NCBI GenBank assembly: GCA_963764715.1
Contig: CAVXTP010000020.1
Coordinates: forward strand, 1 to 45,812
Length of the DNA stretch: 45,812 nt
Source: an uncultured Acidobacteriota bacterium
Lineage (GTDB): Bacteria > Acidobacteriota > Thermoanaerobaculia > UBA5066 > Gp7-AA6
Reading direction: 5' to 3'
The translations under genes were made by a program, and so were the position numbers. The notes below the pieces were generated by a model. It was given only the letters and a program-made list of their open reading frames with translations. It did not search any database and was not told where the DNA came from. Below are positions 25,024-35,573 of this stretch, piece by piece; positions within the stretch are counted from its first letter, which is position 1; each line of letters opens with the position of its first letter.

Positions 25024-25215
25024 TCAGCCGGCGCTGTCTGGGTCCGATGAGTGGGGCCGGGGTTCGGCCGGGGATCCTCCGCTTCCGGCCGCCTCCGACG
25101 ACGGCCAGAGGGCGTGGATCGCGCACTCGAAGCTGTCGAAAAGGTGGCTCTTTCCCCCCACCACGATCTCGAAAATCACGGCTTGGGCGTTCTGACAAAC
25201 CTCACAAACCGGCAT
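25024..25215 (-). CDS. Small Cys-containing protein (N-terminal half of a metallothionein-like family)
   Basis: MPVCEVCQN..FEIVVGGKSHLFDSFECAIHAL; GGAGG RBS; C-terminus low complexity. Confidence 0.55.
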   Translation of the reverse strand: MPVCEVCQNAQAVIFEIVVGGKSHLFDSFECAIHALWPSSEAAGSGGSPAEPRPHSSDPDSAG

Positions 25216-25324
25216 CGGGACCTCCCGCCGCGGGCGCGTAGAACCGACCGCAGCAAGCCATCGAACCCCCAGCTAGACTCGAGTCAGGCTCCTTGCAAGA
25301 CTCGCGCCGCCCCTCCGGCGGCTT

Positions 25325-26300
25325 CTATTCGTGAGCCCGCGGAGGGTTCCCTTTGAGTCGGTAGACGACGCCTGTCTTCGTCGCCCCGAGGGCGATCCAG
25401 TCCTTGACGGCGTCCTGGAGAGTCAGAAAAGAAGTCTCGGCGCGCTTCATCGCCCTGGCGTTGAGCTCCTCGCGGCGTTTGAACTTGATCTGATACGCGA
25501 ACTCCCCGACGAGAGGACGATGATCGCCGCGCGACCGCCAGAGCGCGACGTTGGCCATGGCCGTGACGCCCTTGCCGAAATCCAGGACCGCGACGTCCTG
25601 CAGCACTTCCTCGACGATGGTACCGCAGACGAGCTCGACTTTCTCGCCCCGGCGGAGCGCTTGAGCGAGCCCAGCAGCGGCAGCAGGTTCACGAGGGTGT
25701 CCATCGAGTTGGCGGTCTCCCTCGTGGATGGCGCTCAGCCCGAATTCCACGTTGTGCGAGTAGAGCAGGCGCATGCCGCCGAGGCCGTCCTTCAGCGGGA
25801 GGGCCTCCGCCTTGAACTTGATCCGGTAGTCACCCAGGATCTGTGGCCGCACGTCGGTCTGCGCAGCCTTCTGGATGTCGGGGTGGCGGAACTTGAAGAC
25901 GATCTCGGGATCTCCGATCGGGAAACCCTCCGAGTACGCGGACACGCCTCCGCAGGATGAAGGCGTTGTTGTAGAGGCGAAAGTCGTCCGTGTCGAGGAA
26001 CAGAACTTCCCGGATCTGGAGCGGCTGATTCGCGAAGTCGCAGGGCTCGAACCCGACGCCCGCCTGACGCGCCGGACGCCGGAGCAGCTTGCCGAAGTTT
26101 TCGAGACTCTTGCGGGAGGTGAAGCCGTTCGGCCGCAGGATGATCTTGCTCTCGAGGTACTGGACCTCGTGGAGGGGGAGGCCGTCGGCGTACTTGCCCG
26201 GCTTTATGGCGGGCACGCGTCCGCCCGGGCCCTTCGGCGCGACGTCCGGCTTCGCCGGCGCAACCCTGCGGGCGGATTTCGACTCGGGCTTCTTGGACAT
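25325..26300 (-). CDS. Conserved hypothetical protein, possibly CYTH-like fold; frameshifted near 25945 and 25660
   Basis: Joined frames: YLESKIILRP, REVLFLDTDDFRLYNNAFILRRR, EIVFKFRHPD, IKFKAE, VGEFAYQIKF, ATKTGVVY; GAGGAG RBS before ATG 26300. Confidence 0.7.
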
Positions 26301-26404
26301 GTACTCCTCGACGGCGTGCAAGCCGCTGCGTGTCGGTGAATGGAAGCAGCCATGATAGACCCTGTTCGGAAACGCCGCCCGGGAGCTGCCGGTCGCCGAG
26401 GCCC

Positions 26405-27310
26405 TCAGAGAAACTTCAGCAGCGCTTCTGTCGTCCCCTTGGGATCTTCCTCGAGCACCCAGTGCCCGGTATTCTGCAGAACCACGACGGTCACGTCCGG
26501 CGCGACGAGCTTCGTCTGGTCGCCGAGCACCCGGCCGAGCGACTTCTCGCCGCCGATCGTGAGGACGGGCATCGCCAGCCGGGTTTTCGCGAGCTCGGCG
26601 AAATCCTTGGCGGCCCGAGGAAAGGACACGAAGTAGGACCAGCCGGCCTTCATGCGTCCCGGGCGCGAGTAGGCCGCCGTGTACGCGCGGCGGTCCGCCT
26701 CGGGGAGCGAGCGGTTCCTGTCGGCGGCGAATTCGTTCCAGTAGTAGTCGAAGTAGATTCGCTCGCGGCCCTTCACCGAGGGCCTCGGCGTCGGACCGCA
26801 GAACCGGAAGTGCCAGAGCCCCGGATTGTCGTAGACGGCCTCCCAGCCCTCGACTCCCGGCAGGAAGGCGTCCATGAGGACGAGCTTCTCGACCTCCGCG
26901 GGGAACTGCGCGGCATAAGCGTAGGCCACCATCAGGCCGATGTCGTGGCCCACCACGCGAGCCTTCTCGACGCCGAGCGAGCGCACGAGCGCATGGACGC
27001 GCGCCGCCGCGGTCTTCATGTCGAGGCCGTCGGCCGGAACCGACGAATCGCCGATGCCGGGAAGGTCCGGCGCGATGACCGTGAACTTCTCGGCGAGCTT
27101 CGGAATGATCGGCCGCCACATGCGGGACGTCTCGGCGTAGCCGTGAAGCAGGACGAGCGCCGGACCATGCCCGGCCGAGAGGTAGTGGAAGTCGACGCCG
27201 GCGATCGAGGCGGTGCGGGAGGCGATGTCGGCGCCTTCGGCCGGCCTCGCCGCCGCGAGGGCGAACAGGAGGCCGAGCGCTCGAATGCGCGATCCGGGTG
27301 GGATCTTCAA
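26405..27310 (-). CDS. Alpha/beta hydrolase (epoxide hydrolase/dehalogenase-like) with signal peptide
   Basis: LLHGYAET, APDLPGIGDS, VGHDIG (Asp nucleophile), GHWVLEE. Confidence 0.88.
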   Translation of the reverse strand: MKIPPGSRIRALGLLFALAAARPAEGADIASRTASIAGVDFHYLSAGHGPALVLLHGYAETSRMWRPIIPKLAEKFTVIAPDLPGIGDSSVPADGLDMKTAAARVHALVRSLGVEKARVVGHDIGLMVAYAYAAQFPAEVEKLVLMDAFLPGVEGWEAVYDNPGLWHFRFCGPTPRPSVKGRERIYFDYYWNEFAADRNRSLPEADRRAYTAAYSRPGRMKAGWSYFVSFPRAAKDFAELAKTRLAMPVLTIGGEKSLGRVLGDQTKLVAPDVTVVVLQNTGHWVLEEDPKGTTEALLKFL

Positions 27311-27341
27311 TGTTTTCTCGCTTTCTCGTGAGTACTCGTCT

Positions 27342-28172
27342 TCATCGGAGGAACTCGACCAGCTCGCGATTGACTTCTTCCGCGTGAGTCCAGGTGAAGC
27401 CGTGGGGCGCGTCCTTCAGCACCACGAGCCGGCTGCCGCGGACGGCCTCGTGCGTGCGTCTTCCCGAGACTTCCAGAGGGACGATGCGGTCGGAGTCGCC
27501 GTGGACGACGAGGGTCGGAACGTCGATCTTCGCGAGATCCTCCCGGAAATCGGTCAGCCACGCCGACACGCAGTCGAGAGTGCCGACGGCGGAAGCTCCG
27601 GCGGCGATCGTCCAGCTCAACCGGACGAGATCGTCCGAGACGCGCTTGCCGCCGAGAGCGTCCACGTTGTAGAAATTCTGGAGGAACCCGGCGAGGAACG
27701 CCGGACGGTCGGCGGCGAGGCCCTTTTGAATCCCGTCGAAGATCGCGCGGTCGACGCCCGCGGGGTTGTCGGGTGTCTTCAGGAGAAACGGCGGGATCGC
27801 GCCGAGGAACGCCGCCTTCCGCGCGCGCTCGGAGCCATATCGTCCGAAGTATCGCGCGACCTCGCCGCCGCCCATCGAGAAGCCCACGAGCGCGATGTCG
27901 GAGAGGTCGAGCTTCGTGACGAGCGCGTGCAGGTCGGCGGCCAGGGTGTCGTAGTCGTAGCCGAAGGTCGGCTTGCTCGATTCGCCGAAGCCGCGGCGGT
28001 CGTACGTGACGACGCGGTAACCGGCCTCGAGCAGCGCCGTCGTCTGTTTCTCCCACGAGCGCCCCGAGAGGGGCCACCCGTGGATGAGGACGACCGGCTT
28101 TCCGCGGCCGTGGTCCTCGTAATAGAGGTCGATGTTCCCGGAGTTTTCCTTTCCGACGGTGACGAAGGGCAT
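27342..28172 (-). CDS. Non-heme haloperoxidase/perhydrolase (alpha/beta hydrolase)
   Basis: LYYEDHG, IHGWPLSG, YDRRGFG, GFSMGGGE, HGDSDRIVP, APHG. Confidence 0.92.
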   Translation of the reverse strand: MPFVTVGKENSGNIDLYYEDHGRGKPVVLIHGWPLSGRSWEKQTTALLEAGYRVVTYDRRGFGESSKPTFGYDYDTLAADLHALVTKLDLSDIALVGFSMGGGEVARYFGRYGSERARKAAFLGAIPPFLLKTPDNPAGVDRAIFDGIQKGLAADRPAFLAGFLQNFYNVDALGGKRVSDDLVRLSWTIAAGASAVGTLDCVSAWLTDFREDLAKIDVPTLVVHGDSDRIVPLEVSGRRTHEAVRGSRLVVLKDAPHGFTWTHAEEVNRELVEFLR

Positions 28173-28264
28173 CGCGTCCTCCCGTGCTTTTTTCTATCAC
28201 GCGGACGTGAGATCCCAGCGCACCCCGGCTGCGCATAGGATTACCGCCCAGAGGAGACATCGCC

Positions 28265-30067
28265 ATGCCGCAGTCCCGCCGGAAGTTCCTCGCCCGCACC
28301 GCCGCCGGGGTCGTGGGAGCCGCCGCCGCCCGGCGCGTCGCCGGATCGCCCGATCCGACCGTCACGCCGGTCGAGGGCACGCCGCCCGCCTTCGGGACCG
28401 CACCGCCCGTGGGGCCCGACATTTCGACGGCGACCGTCGCCGAAGCGCAGAAGTTCGTGCGCATCGAGTTCACGCCCGCGCAGCAGGCCCAGATCGCGGG
28501 CAGCTGGCCGCGGGCGATGGCCTCGACGATGGAGCGGCGGACGGGGCCGCGCAAGCTGGCCCTCGGGACCGACGTCGTCCCGGCGACGCTCTGGAATCCG
28601 ATGATCCCGGGGGTCGCGCCGGGGCCGACGCGCGACCGGTTCGTCGCGACCGCCGCCGATCCCGGCCCGCTCCCGAAGAAGGACGACGACATCGCCTTCG
28701 CGCCGATCGCCGCGCAGGGGCAGTGGATCAAGTCGCGGGCGCTGACCTCCGAGCGGTTGACACGCATCTACCTCGATCGGGTCGCGCGCTTCGACGGAAA
28801 GCTCCACTGCATCATCACGCTGACGACGGAGACGGCGCTCGCACAGGCCAGGCGCGCCGACGCCGAGATCGCGGCCGGCAGGTACCGGGGGCCGCTGCAC
28901 GGCATTCCGTTCGGCGTGAAGGACCTCATGGACACGAAGGGGATCCTCACGACCTACGGCGCCGAGCCCTACCGCAACCGGGTGCCCGAGGCGGACTCGG
29001 CCGTGGTCGACCGGCTGCAGAAGGCGGGCGCGGTCCTCATGGCGAAGCTCTCGCTCGGCGCCCTGGCCTTGAACGACATCTGGTTCGGCGGCCAGACGAT
29101 GAACCCGTGGCTCCTCGAGGAGGGCTCCGGGGGCTCGAGCGCGGGCCCCGGCGCCGCCACGGCCGCGGCGCTCGTCGGGTTCTCGGTCGGCAGCGAAACC
29201 GGCGGTTCCATCATCGACCCGGCCGTCCGCTGCGGAGTGACGGGCCTTCGGCCGACCTTCGGCCGGGTGCCGCGGACCGGCGCGATGGCGCTCTGCTGGT
29301 CCCTCGACAAGCTCGGTCCCATGACCCGCGGCGTCGAGGACACGATGCTCGTCCTCCAGGCGATCACGGGCCCCGACCCCGGCGACCTCTCGAGCGTGCC
29401 GAGTCACCTCGATTTCGACGCGAAGGCGCCGGTGAAAGGCCTCAAGCTCGGCTACGTCAAGGCCTGGATGAACGAGAGCCCGGCGACGGAGGTCGACCGC
29501 GCGGCGCTCGAAACGTGCCGGAAGCTCGGCATGGTTCCGGTCGAGGTTCAGCTTCCGGACTGGCCGTACGGGTCGCTCAACACCATCCTCTTCGCCGAGG
29601 CGGCCGCGTCCTTCGAGGAGCTGACGCTTTCGAACGGCCTCGACCAGCTGAAGGCGCAGGTTCCCGACGCGTGGCCCAACCTCTTCCGGCAGGCCCGTTT
29701 CCTGTCCGCCGTCGACTTCGTCCAGGCGGACCGCATGCGCCGCAAGGTCGCGCAGGAGATGGAGAGGATCTTTCGGCAGGTCGACGTCTTCCTCTCGCCG
29801 CCCCTGCGGGACGAGATCCTGACGATCACGAACTTCACCGGCCACCCCGCGATCGTTCTGCGGACGGGCTTCCTGCAGGTCACCCAGGCTCGCAGCGACT
29901 GGGCCCCGGACCCGAAGAACCCCATGCCGACTTTCGCGAAACCGCGGCGCGTTCCGCACGGGGTCTCGTTCATCGGGCGGATGTTCGACGAAGGAACGAT
30001 CGCGACCGCGGCGATCGCCCTCGAAAAGGCCTCGGGAGTCGCGGGGGAGCGTCCGCCGGGGTTCTGA
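28265..30067 (+). CDS. Amidase signature family protein with Tat signal
   Basis: SRRKFL; GPLHGIPFGVKDL; GSGGSSAG; GSETGGSI; GLRPTFGRV. Confidence 0.93.
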   Translation: MPQSRRKFLARTAAGVVGAAAARRVAGSPDPTVTPVEGTPPAFGTAPPVGPDISTATVAEAQKFVRIEFTPAQQAQIAGSWPRAMASTMERRTGPRKLALGTDVVPATLWNPMIPGVAPGPTRDRFVATAADPGPLPKKDDDIAFAPIAAQGQWIKSRALTSERLTRIYLDRVARFDGKLHCIITLTTETALAQARRADAEIAAGRYRGPLHGIPFGVKDLMDTKGILTTYGAEPYRNRVPEADSAVVDRLQKAGAVLMAKLSLGALALNDIWFGGQTMNPWLLEEGSGGSSAGPGAATAAALVGFSVGSETGGSIIDPAVRCGVTGLRPTFGRVPRTGAMALCWSLDKLGPMTRGVEDTMLVLQAITGPDPGDLSSVPSHLDFDAKAPVKGLKLGYVKAWMNESPATEVDRAALETCRKLGMVPVEVQLPDWPYGSLNTILFAEAAASFEELTLSNGLDQLKAQVPDAWPNLFRQARFLSAVDFVQADRMRRKVAQEMERIFRQVDVFLSPPLRDEILTITNFTGHPAIVLRTGFLQVTQARSDWAPDPKNPMPTFAKPRRVPHGVSFIGRMFDEGTIATAAIALEKASGVAGERPPGF

Positions 30068-30236
30068 CCCCCAGGCCCGCGCGTTAGGCGGTCAGCTCGG
30101 CGTTTGCGACCCGGACGCGCGCGGTCCTGCACGCCGTGCGGGCCGGATACCTGGCCTGGGCTTCCCTTCGCGCCCTCGGGATAGAGTAGGTGGCACACTC
30201 GACCACCCTCGGTCCGAGTCGTCAGAGGAGGAATCA

Positions 30237-30850
30237 ATGAAACGCGCGTCCTGGATTCGTCCTGGCTGTCATCGCAATGTGTCTTGCCGTCGCGGCGTCC
30301 GCCTCGGCCCAGGCGGTCAACAAGAAGGCCCCGGAGCCCGGCAACGTCCCGGTCGAGACCTTCACCGGATTCGCCGTCAGCGTGACGAGCGGCCAGTCCG
30401 GCGTCGTCGAGATCGTGATCAACCGCTGGTCGACCGACGGCGAGCGCGCGCTGCTCGAGAACGTGCTCAAGGCCTCGGGCTCGCAGGCGATGGTCAACAT
30501 CATGCAGGACCTGCCGCAGGTCGGCTACATCAAGGGCTCGGAGACGATGGGCGACGCGCTGTTCTACGCCCGCTCGACCGACCTGCCGGACGGCACGCGC
30601 CAGGTCGTCATCGCGACGAATCGGCCGATCTCGGCCGCGGCGCGATGCTCTCGCCCGGCGCCGCGAACAAGTACGACGCGACCGTCATCGAGATGCGGTT
30701 CCCGAAGGGCTCGAAGAAGGGCGAGGGCAAGATCGTCGTCGCGGGCAAGGCCTCGATCGACCCGAAGACCGGGAAGCTCAAGCTCACCAACTACTCGGGC
30801 GAGCCGGTGCGGCTCGAGAACATCACGGTCGAAGACCAAGTCGTGTCCGG
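30237..30850 (+). CDS. Hypothetical secreted protein; frameshifted, end uncertain
   Basis: GAGGAG RBS; signal peptide; IVINRWSTDGER, RQVVIATNRPI, IEMRF..GEGKI..LTNYSGEPVRL across frames. Confidence 0.6.
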
Positions 30851-30911
30851 ACGAAGTTTCGGGCTCCAGGCAGCCCGCGCGTCGAGGGCCACCCGGGCCC
30901 GGCGCGCGGGC

Positions 30912-31619
30912 TTACTTCTTCTGGAGCCGTCCTTCGAGTCGATCCGGCGGCGCTCCCGTCCGAGATCTCCATCGAGACCAGGCGCGCGATCAGGATCGGC
31001 CGGGAAGAGCTGGCCGACGAGGGCTTCGCACTCGGCGAGGCTGCGCGCGAGCCGTCGCCACCGGCGTGATGTCGCCGTAGCCGACGGTCGTCAGCGTCAC
31101 GAAGCTGAAGTAGACGAGAGCGATCCGCGATCCATCCGGTGATCCGTGACCTCGGCAAAGCGAATCGCGTCGGGAACGCGCGACAGCACGAGCTCGTAGG
31201 CGAAGGCCCAGGTGAAGCCGAGCAGCAGGTACGCGGCGATCGCGCCCGGCGATCCGGTGCCGGTCGTGATCGGGCCGCGCACGGAACACCTGCGCCAGCG
31301 TCAGGACCGTCAGGATGAGCAGCGACAGCATCCCGAGCCAGAGGCTGAGCTGCGAGAGTCCGGCGACGGGCTGAACGAGGCCCGCGACGCGAGTCGCCAT
31401 GGCGAGGACCGCAACGAGCGCGGCGAGGACCGTCGCTCCGCGTCGGGCAAGGGCCGCGACGCCGCTGACGAGGACGAGCCCGAAGAAGACGTCGAAGACG
31501 AGCGGGCCGAGGATCCCCGCCGTCATCAGCGGCGGCGCCACGAAGAGCGTCGCCACCAGGCAGAGGAGCAGGGCCGTCAGACCCTTGTCGTCTCGCCAGA
31601 AGCTCGGGAGCGGCCGCAT
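30912..31619 (-). CDS. Potassium channel family protein; frameshifted, end approximate
   Basis: Several TM helices; YFSFVTLTTVGYGDITP selectivity filter; ILIARLVS. Confidence 0.85.
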
Positions 31620-31698
31620 CGGGCTGGCCGATTGTACACGGGCGCGGAACCGGATGCGTTCCGGTGCGTAAGAGATAGGAGAGGCGGGAGGCGAGCTG

Positions 31699-33493
31699 AT
31701 GCGGTTTCTGCGAATCGCCCTGTGCGCGGCCGCGCTGGCTCCCGTCGTGGCCGCCGGCGAGCCGCCGTCGCGGGCCGGCCGCCCGATCGCCTTCGTGCAC
31801 GCGAACGTCGTGCCGATGGACGCGGACCGGGTCCTCCGCGACCAGACGGTCGTCGTGTCCGGCGGCCGCATCGCCGCCGTCGGACCGACCGGAAAGACGC
31901 CGGTGCCGCCGGGAGCGCGGGTCATCGACGCCGCCGGGCGCGGTACCTTTCCCCGGGCCTCGCCGACATGCACGTTCACGTCTACGCGCCGCAGGAGCTG
32001 ACGCTGTACGTCGTCAACGGCGTCACGACGATCTTCAACCTGAACGGCCGACCGGCGTACCTCGACTGGCGACGGCGGATCGCCGCGGGCGAGCTTCTCG
32101 GGCCGACGATCTATTCCGCCGGGCCGACGTTCGACCATCCGCGGACGCCCGCGGAGGCGGTCGCGGAGGTCGACCGGCAGGCCGCCGCGGGCTGGGACGC
32201 CGTCAAGATCTACAACCAGGTCAGCGCGGCCGAGTACCCGGCGCTGACCGCCGAGGCGAAGGCGAAGGGCCTCGTCCTCGTCGGGCACGTGGCCCGCGAG
32301 CCGGGCTTCGCGGCGACGCTTTCGGCGGGGCAGTCGATCGCCCACGCCGAGGAGTACGTCTACACGTTCTTCAACGACGATCCGGATCCGAAGAACGAGG
32401 TCGTCCACCCGCTCGACACGGCGAAGATCCCGAAGGCCGTCGCCCTGACGCGCGAGGCGGGGATCTCGGTCATTCCGACGCTCGTCGCGTTCCACAACAT
32501 CGTGCGCCAGGCGACGGACGTGAAGGCCTACCTGCGCAATCCGGATCTCGCCTCCATGGCCGCCCTTCATGCGCGCGCAGCTCGAGCCGGCCGTCAACAC
32601 CTACGCCAACCGCTGGACGAGCGACAAGCTCTCCGGGCCTCGCCGTCAGCTACGAATTCCAGAGGCAGCTCGTCAAGGCGCCTCCACGACGGAGGCGTTC
32701 CGATCCTCGCCGGGACCGACGCGTCGTGGCTCGGCGTGCCGGGTTTCTGTCTGCTCGAGGAGATCGAGAACTTCCAGGACCTCGGCTTCACGCCCTACGC
32801 GGCCTTGAAGACGGCGACCGTGGATCCCGCGAAGCTCCTGAGGCGGGAAGGCGAGTTCGGAACGATCGCGGTCGGCATGCGCGCGGACCTGATCCTGACG
32901 CGGGAGAACCCGCTCGAGGACGTGCGCCGCCTCCGCCGGCCGGACGGCGTGATGGCGAACGGGCGTTGGATCGACGCCGCCGAGCGGCGGCGCCTTCTCG
33001 AGGGCCTTCCGGCCTCGTACCGCGAGACGCTCGGCGAGGCTCACGCGCGACGCGCGCGAGAATCCCCCGCGCGCTCGACGCGTACCTCGAGGCGAACGAT
33101 CCATGGGGGGAGATCGGCGGCGCGGTGCTCGCGTCGATCGCGTCGGACCGGGGAGCCGCAGGCCTCGTCGGCCTGCTCCGGGACATCCGCCGGACCGATC
33201 CGAAGTCGCCCCTGCTCGGCGAAGAGGCGATCAACCAGCTCGGCTACGGGCTCGCCCGCCAGAAGGAGACCGGCGCCGCGATCGAAGTCTTCAAGCTCAA
33301 TACCGAGCTCTACCCGTCGTCGGGCAACGCCTGGGACAGCCTCGCGGAAACCTGTCTCGGCGCAGGCAACGAGGAGCTGGCCCGGAAGTACTACGCACGC
33401 GCCCTGGAGGTCCAGCCGGACTATCCGAACGCGAAGGCCGCCCGCGAGCTCCTCGAGACGAAGCTGGCCGGTCCCGCCGCGGCCGCCCACTGA
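31699..33493 (+). CDS. Amidohydrolase family protein with C-terminal TPR; frameshifted
   Basis: Signal peptide; PGLADMHVH, NGVTT, GHV, IAHAEE, ILAGTDA, GTIAVGMRADLIL; TPR INQLGY..NAWDSLAE. Confidence 0.85.
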
Positions 33494-33606
33494 GGCGGGC
33501 CCGGAGCCGGCGGGCCTTCGGGGAGAGCCGCGACAGCGCGCCGTGCGGGTGAAAATGTTGAAAAGTCCCGCCGCCCCGTGCCGCGACTCCGCCCGGAGGC
33601 CCGGCG

Positions 33607-34050
33607 TCAGCCGCCGGTGCGGCGAGCGGGGCTCGCGCGCGGGCGCCCGGGCCGACGACCCGGAGGGACCGCCCGGCGAAGCTCGCCGATCCGGGCGTAG
33701 TGCTCCCGGACGAGCCGGGTCAGGATCGCTGCTCCCCGGGACGTCAGGCGGACGCGGACGCGCCGGGCGTCCTGCCGGTCGCGCTCCCGGGCGACGAGCC
33801 TGGCCGCCTCGGAGCGATCGATCAGCCCCACGGCGCTGTGATGGCTGACCTGGAGGCGCTCGGCCAGGTCGGCGATCGAGGGCGGCGCCTCCCGGGCGAA
33901 GCTCCGGACGAAGAGCATGAGCTGGTACTGCGCCGGCGAGATCCCGGCCCGCCGGGCCGCGTCCTCGGAGAACCTGAGGAACCGGCGCAGCGCGAACCGA
34001 AACCGGGCGAGCCGCTGGAAGTCGCCGTCGGTGAGGTCCTCGCGGCCCAT
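33607..34050 (-). CDS. MarR family transcriptional regulator
   Basis: FRFALRRFL, GISPAQYQLML, IADLAERLQVSHHSAVGLIDR, DARRVRVRLT. Confidence 0.9.
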   Translation of the reverse strand: MGREDLTDGDFQRLARFRFALRRFLRFSEDAARRAGISPAQYQLMLFVRSFAREAPPSIADLAERLQVSHHSAVGLIDRSEAARLVARERDRQDARRVRVRLTSRGAAILTRLVREHYARIGELRRAVPPGRRPGRPRASPARRTGG

Positions 34051-34127
34051 GCGCGTCGGATTCTATCGCACGACGATATGATCGCGGCGATGGGGCGCTC
34101 CCTCTTCGGTTTCGCCGGATCCGGCCC

Positions 34128-35567
34128 GTGAGCGGCGCAGCCGGCCCCCCGGCCGGCGGCGAGCCCGAAACGCCGGCCCTCGCCGACGAAGCGCCGTGGT
34201 ACTCGGAGCACGCGGCCCTTCTCGTCAGCACGGTCAAGTGGGCGCTCCTCGGCGCCGGGGCGGGAATCTGCGTGGGACTCGGGACCCGCTTCTTTCTGTG
34301 GGCCCTGGCCGCGACATCGCAGTCGGCGCGGCGCATGGTGCCGGGCGGCTGGCCGTTCTACGTTCTCCTGCCGGCCGCGATGCCGATCTGCGTCTGGCTC
34401 GTGCGCCGTTTCGCGCCCACGGCGAAGGGCCACGGGACCGAGGCCGTCATCGCGGCGATTCACACGCGCTCCGGCCGGATCGACTGGAAGGTCGCGCCGA
34501 TCAAGCTCGGGGCGACGGTCCTGACGATCGCCGCGGGGGGCTCCGTCGGCAAGGAGGGCCCATGCGCCCAGATCGGCGCGTCGCTGACGAGCCTCTTCGC
34601 CGACCTCCTGCGCCTGAACGACCAGGACCGCCGCCGCCTCGTCATCTGCGGAATCAGCGCCGGGTTCGCGGCCGTTTTCGGGACGCCCGTCTCGGGCGCG
34701 CTCTTCGGGATCGAGGTTCTCTATCTCGGGCGCATCGAGTACGAGGTCCTGTTTCCCTGCCTGATCGCAGGCATCGTCTCGCACCTGGTTTGCGGCGTCG
34801 CGCCCCCCGTGACCGGCCTGCACGAATCGCTCGGCACGCTCGGCCAGACGACGCTCGTGGGGCTGGCGGTGGCCTTCGGCGCGGCCTTCGGCCTGATGGC
34901 CCTGGCGCTCATCGAGACGATGCGGGCGCTCGAGAAGGCCCTGCGGCGGTTCGAGGGGCATCCCTATCTTCTGGCCGCCGGCGGCGGTCTGTTCCTCGCG
35001 GCGTTCTACGCGGCGGCCGGCGACGTTTACGCGGGGCTCGGAACGCCCACGATCGAGGGCGCGCTCGCGGGGACGGTCCGGATCGCGGCCCTCGCTTTCG
35101 CCGCCAAGATCGTCGCGACCGCCGTGACGCTCGAAACCGGCGGAAGCGGCGGAATCGTGACTCCGATCTTCTTCATTGGCGCGACGGGAGGGGCGGCGCT
35201 GGCGAGCCTCGTGGGTCTTCCCCCGGGCGCCTTCGCGGCCTTCGGTCTCGTGGCGGTGCTGGCGGCGGCGGCGAACACCCCACTGGCGGCGGCGGTCATG
35301 GGCATGGAGCTGCTGCCCGGCCCCGTCGGCGTCTTCGCGGCGCTCTGCGGGGGCACCGCCTATCTCATCGTCGGCCACCGGAGCGTCTACGCCAGCCAGA
35401 AGCTGGGCTTCTCGAAGTCCGCCGGGCTCGATATCCGGCTCGACGTGCCGATCGGCGAGATCGACCGTAGGGCCCTCCGGGTGCGGCCCGGGAGCCTGAC
35501 GGAGCGCGCCCTGAGCCTCGGACGCTTCTTGGGAGGGCGGAAGAGCCGGAAACCTCCCGAGGATTGA
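34128..35567 (+). CDS. CLC (EriC) family chloride channel/transporter
   Basis: GHGTE, GGSVGKEGP, GFAAVFGTPVSGALFGIE, GGSGGIVTP, AANTPLA. Confidence 0.92.
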   Translation: MSGAAGPPAGGEPETPALADEAPWYSEHAALLVSTVKWALLGAGAGICVGLGTRFFLWALAATSQSARRMVPGGWPFYVLLPAAMPICVWLVRRFAPTAKGHGTEAVIAAIHTRSGRIDWKVAPIKLGATVLTIAAGGSVGKEGPCAQIGASLTSLFADLLRLNDQDRRRLVICGISAGFAAVFGTPVSGALFGIEVLYLGRIEYEVLFPCLIAGIVSHLVCGVAPPVTGLHESLGTLGQTTLVGLAVAFGAAFGLMALALIETMRALEKALRRFEGHPYLLAAGGGLFLAAFYAAAGDVYAGLGTPTIEGALAGTVRIAALAFAAKIVATAVTLETGGSGGIVTPIFFIGATGGAALASLVGLPPGAFAAFGLVAVLAAAANTPLAAAVMGMELLPGPVGVFAALCGGTAYLIVGHRSVYASQKLGFSKSAGLDIRLDVPIGEIDRRALRVRPGSLTERALSLGRFLGGRKSRKPPED

Positions 35568-35573
35568 TCGGTC

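Noticed and set aside
30191-30206. Sigma54 promoter (TGGCAC)
   Set aside because: No TTGC-like -12 element at the required spacing.
34086-34120. Fluoride riboswitch upstream of the CLC gene (GGCGATGG)
   Set aside because: The rest of the crcB motif is missing and the CLC lacks the GNNLI/GREGT fluoride signatures.
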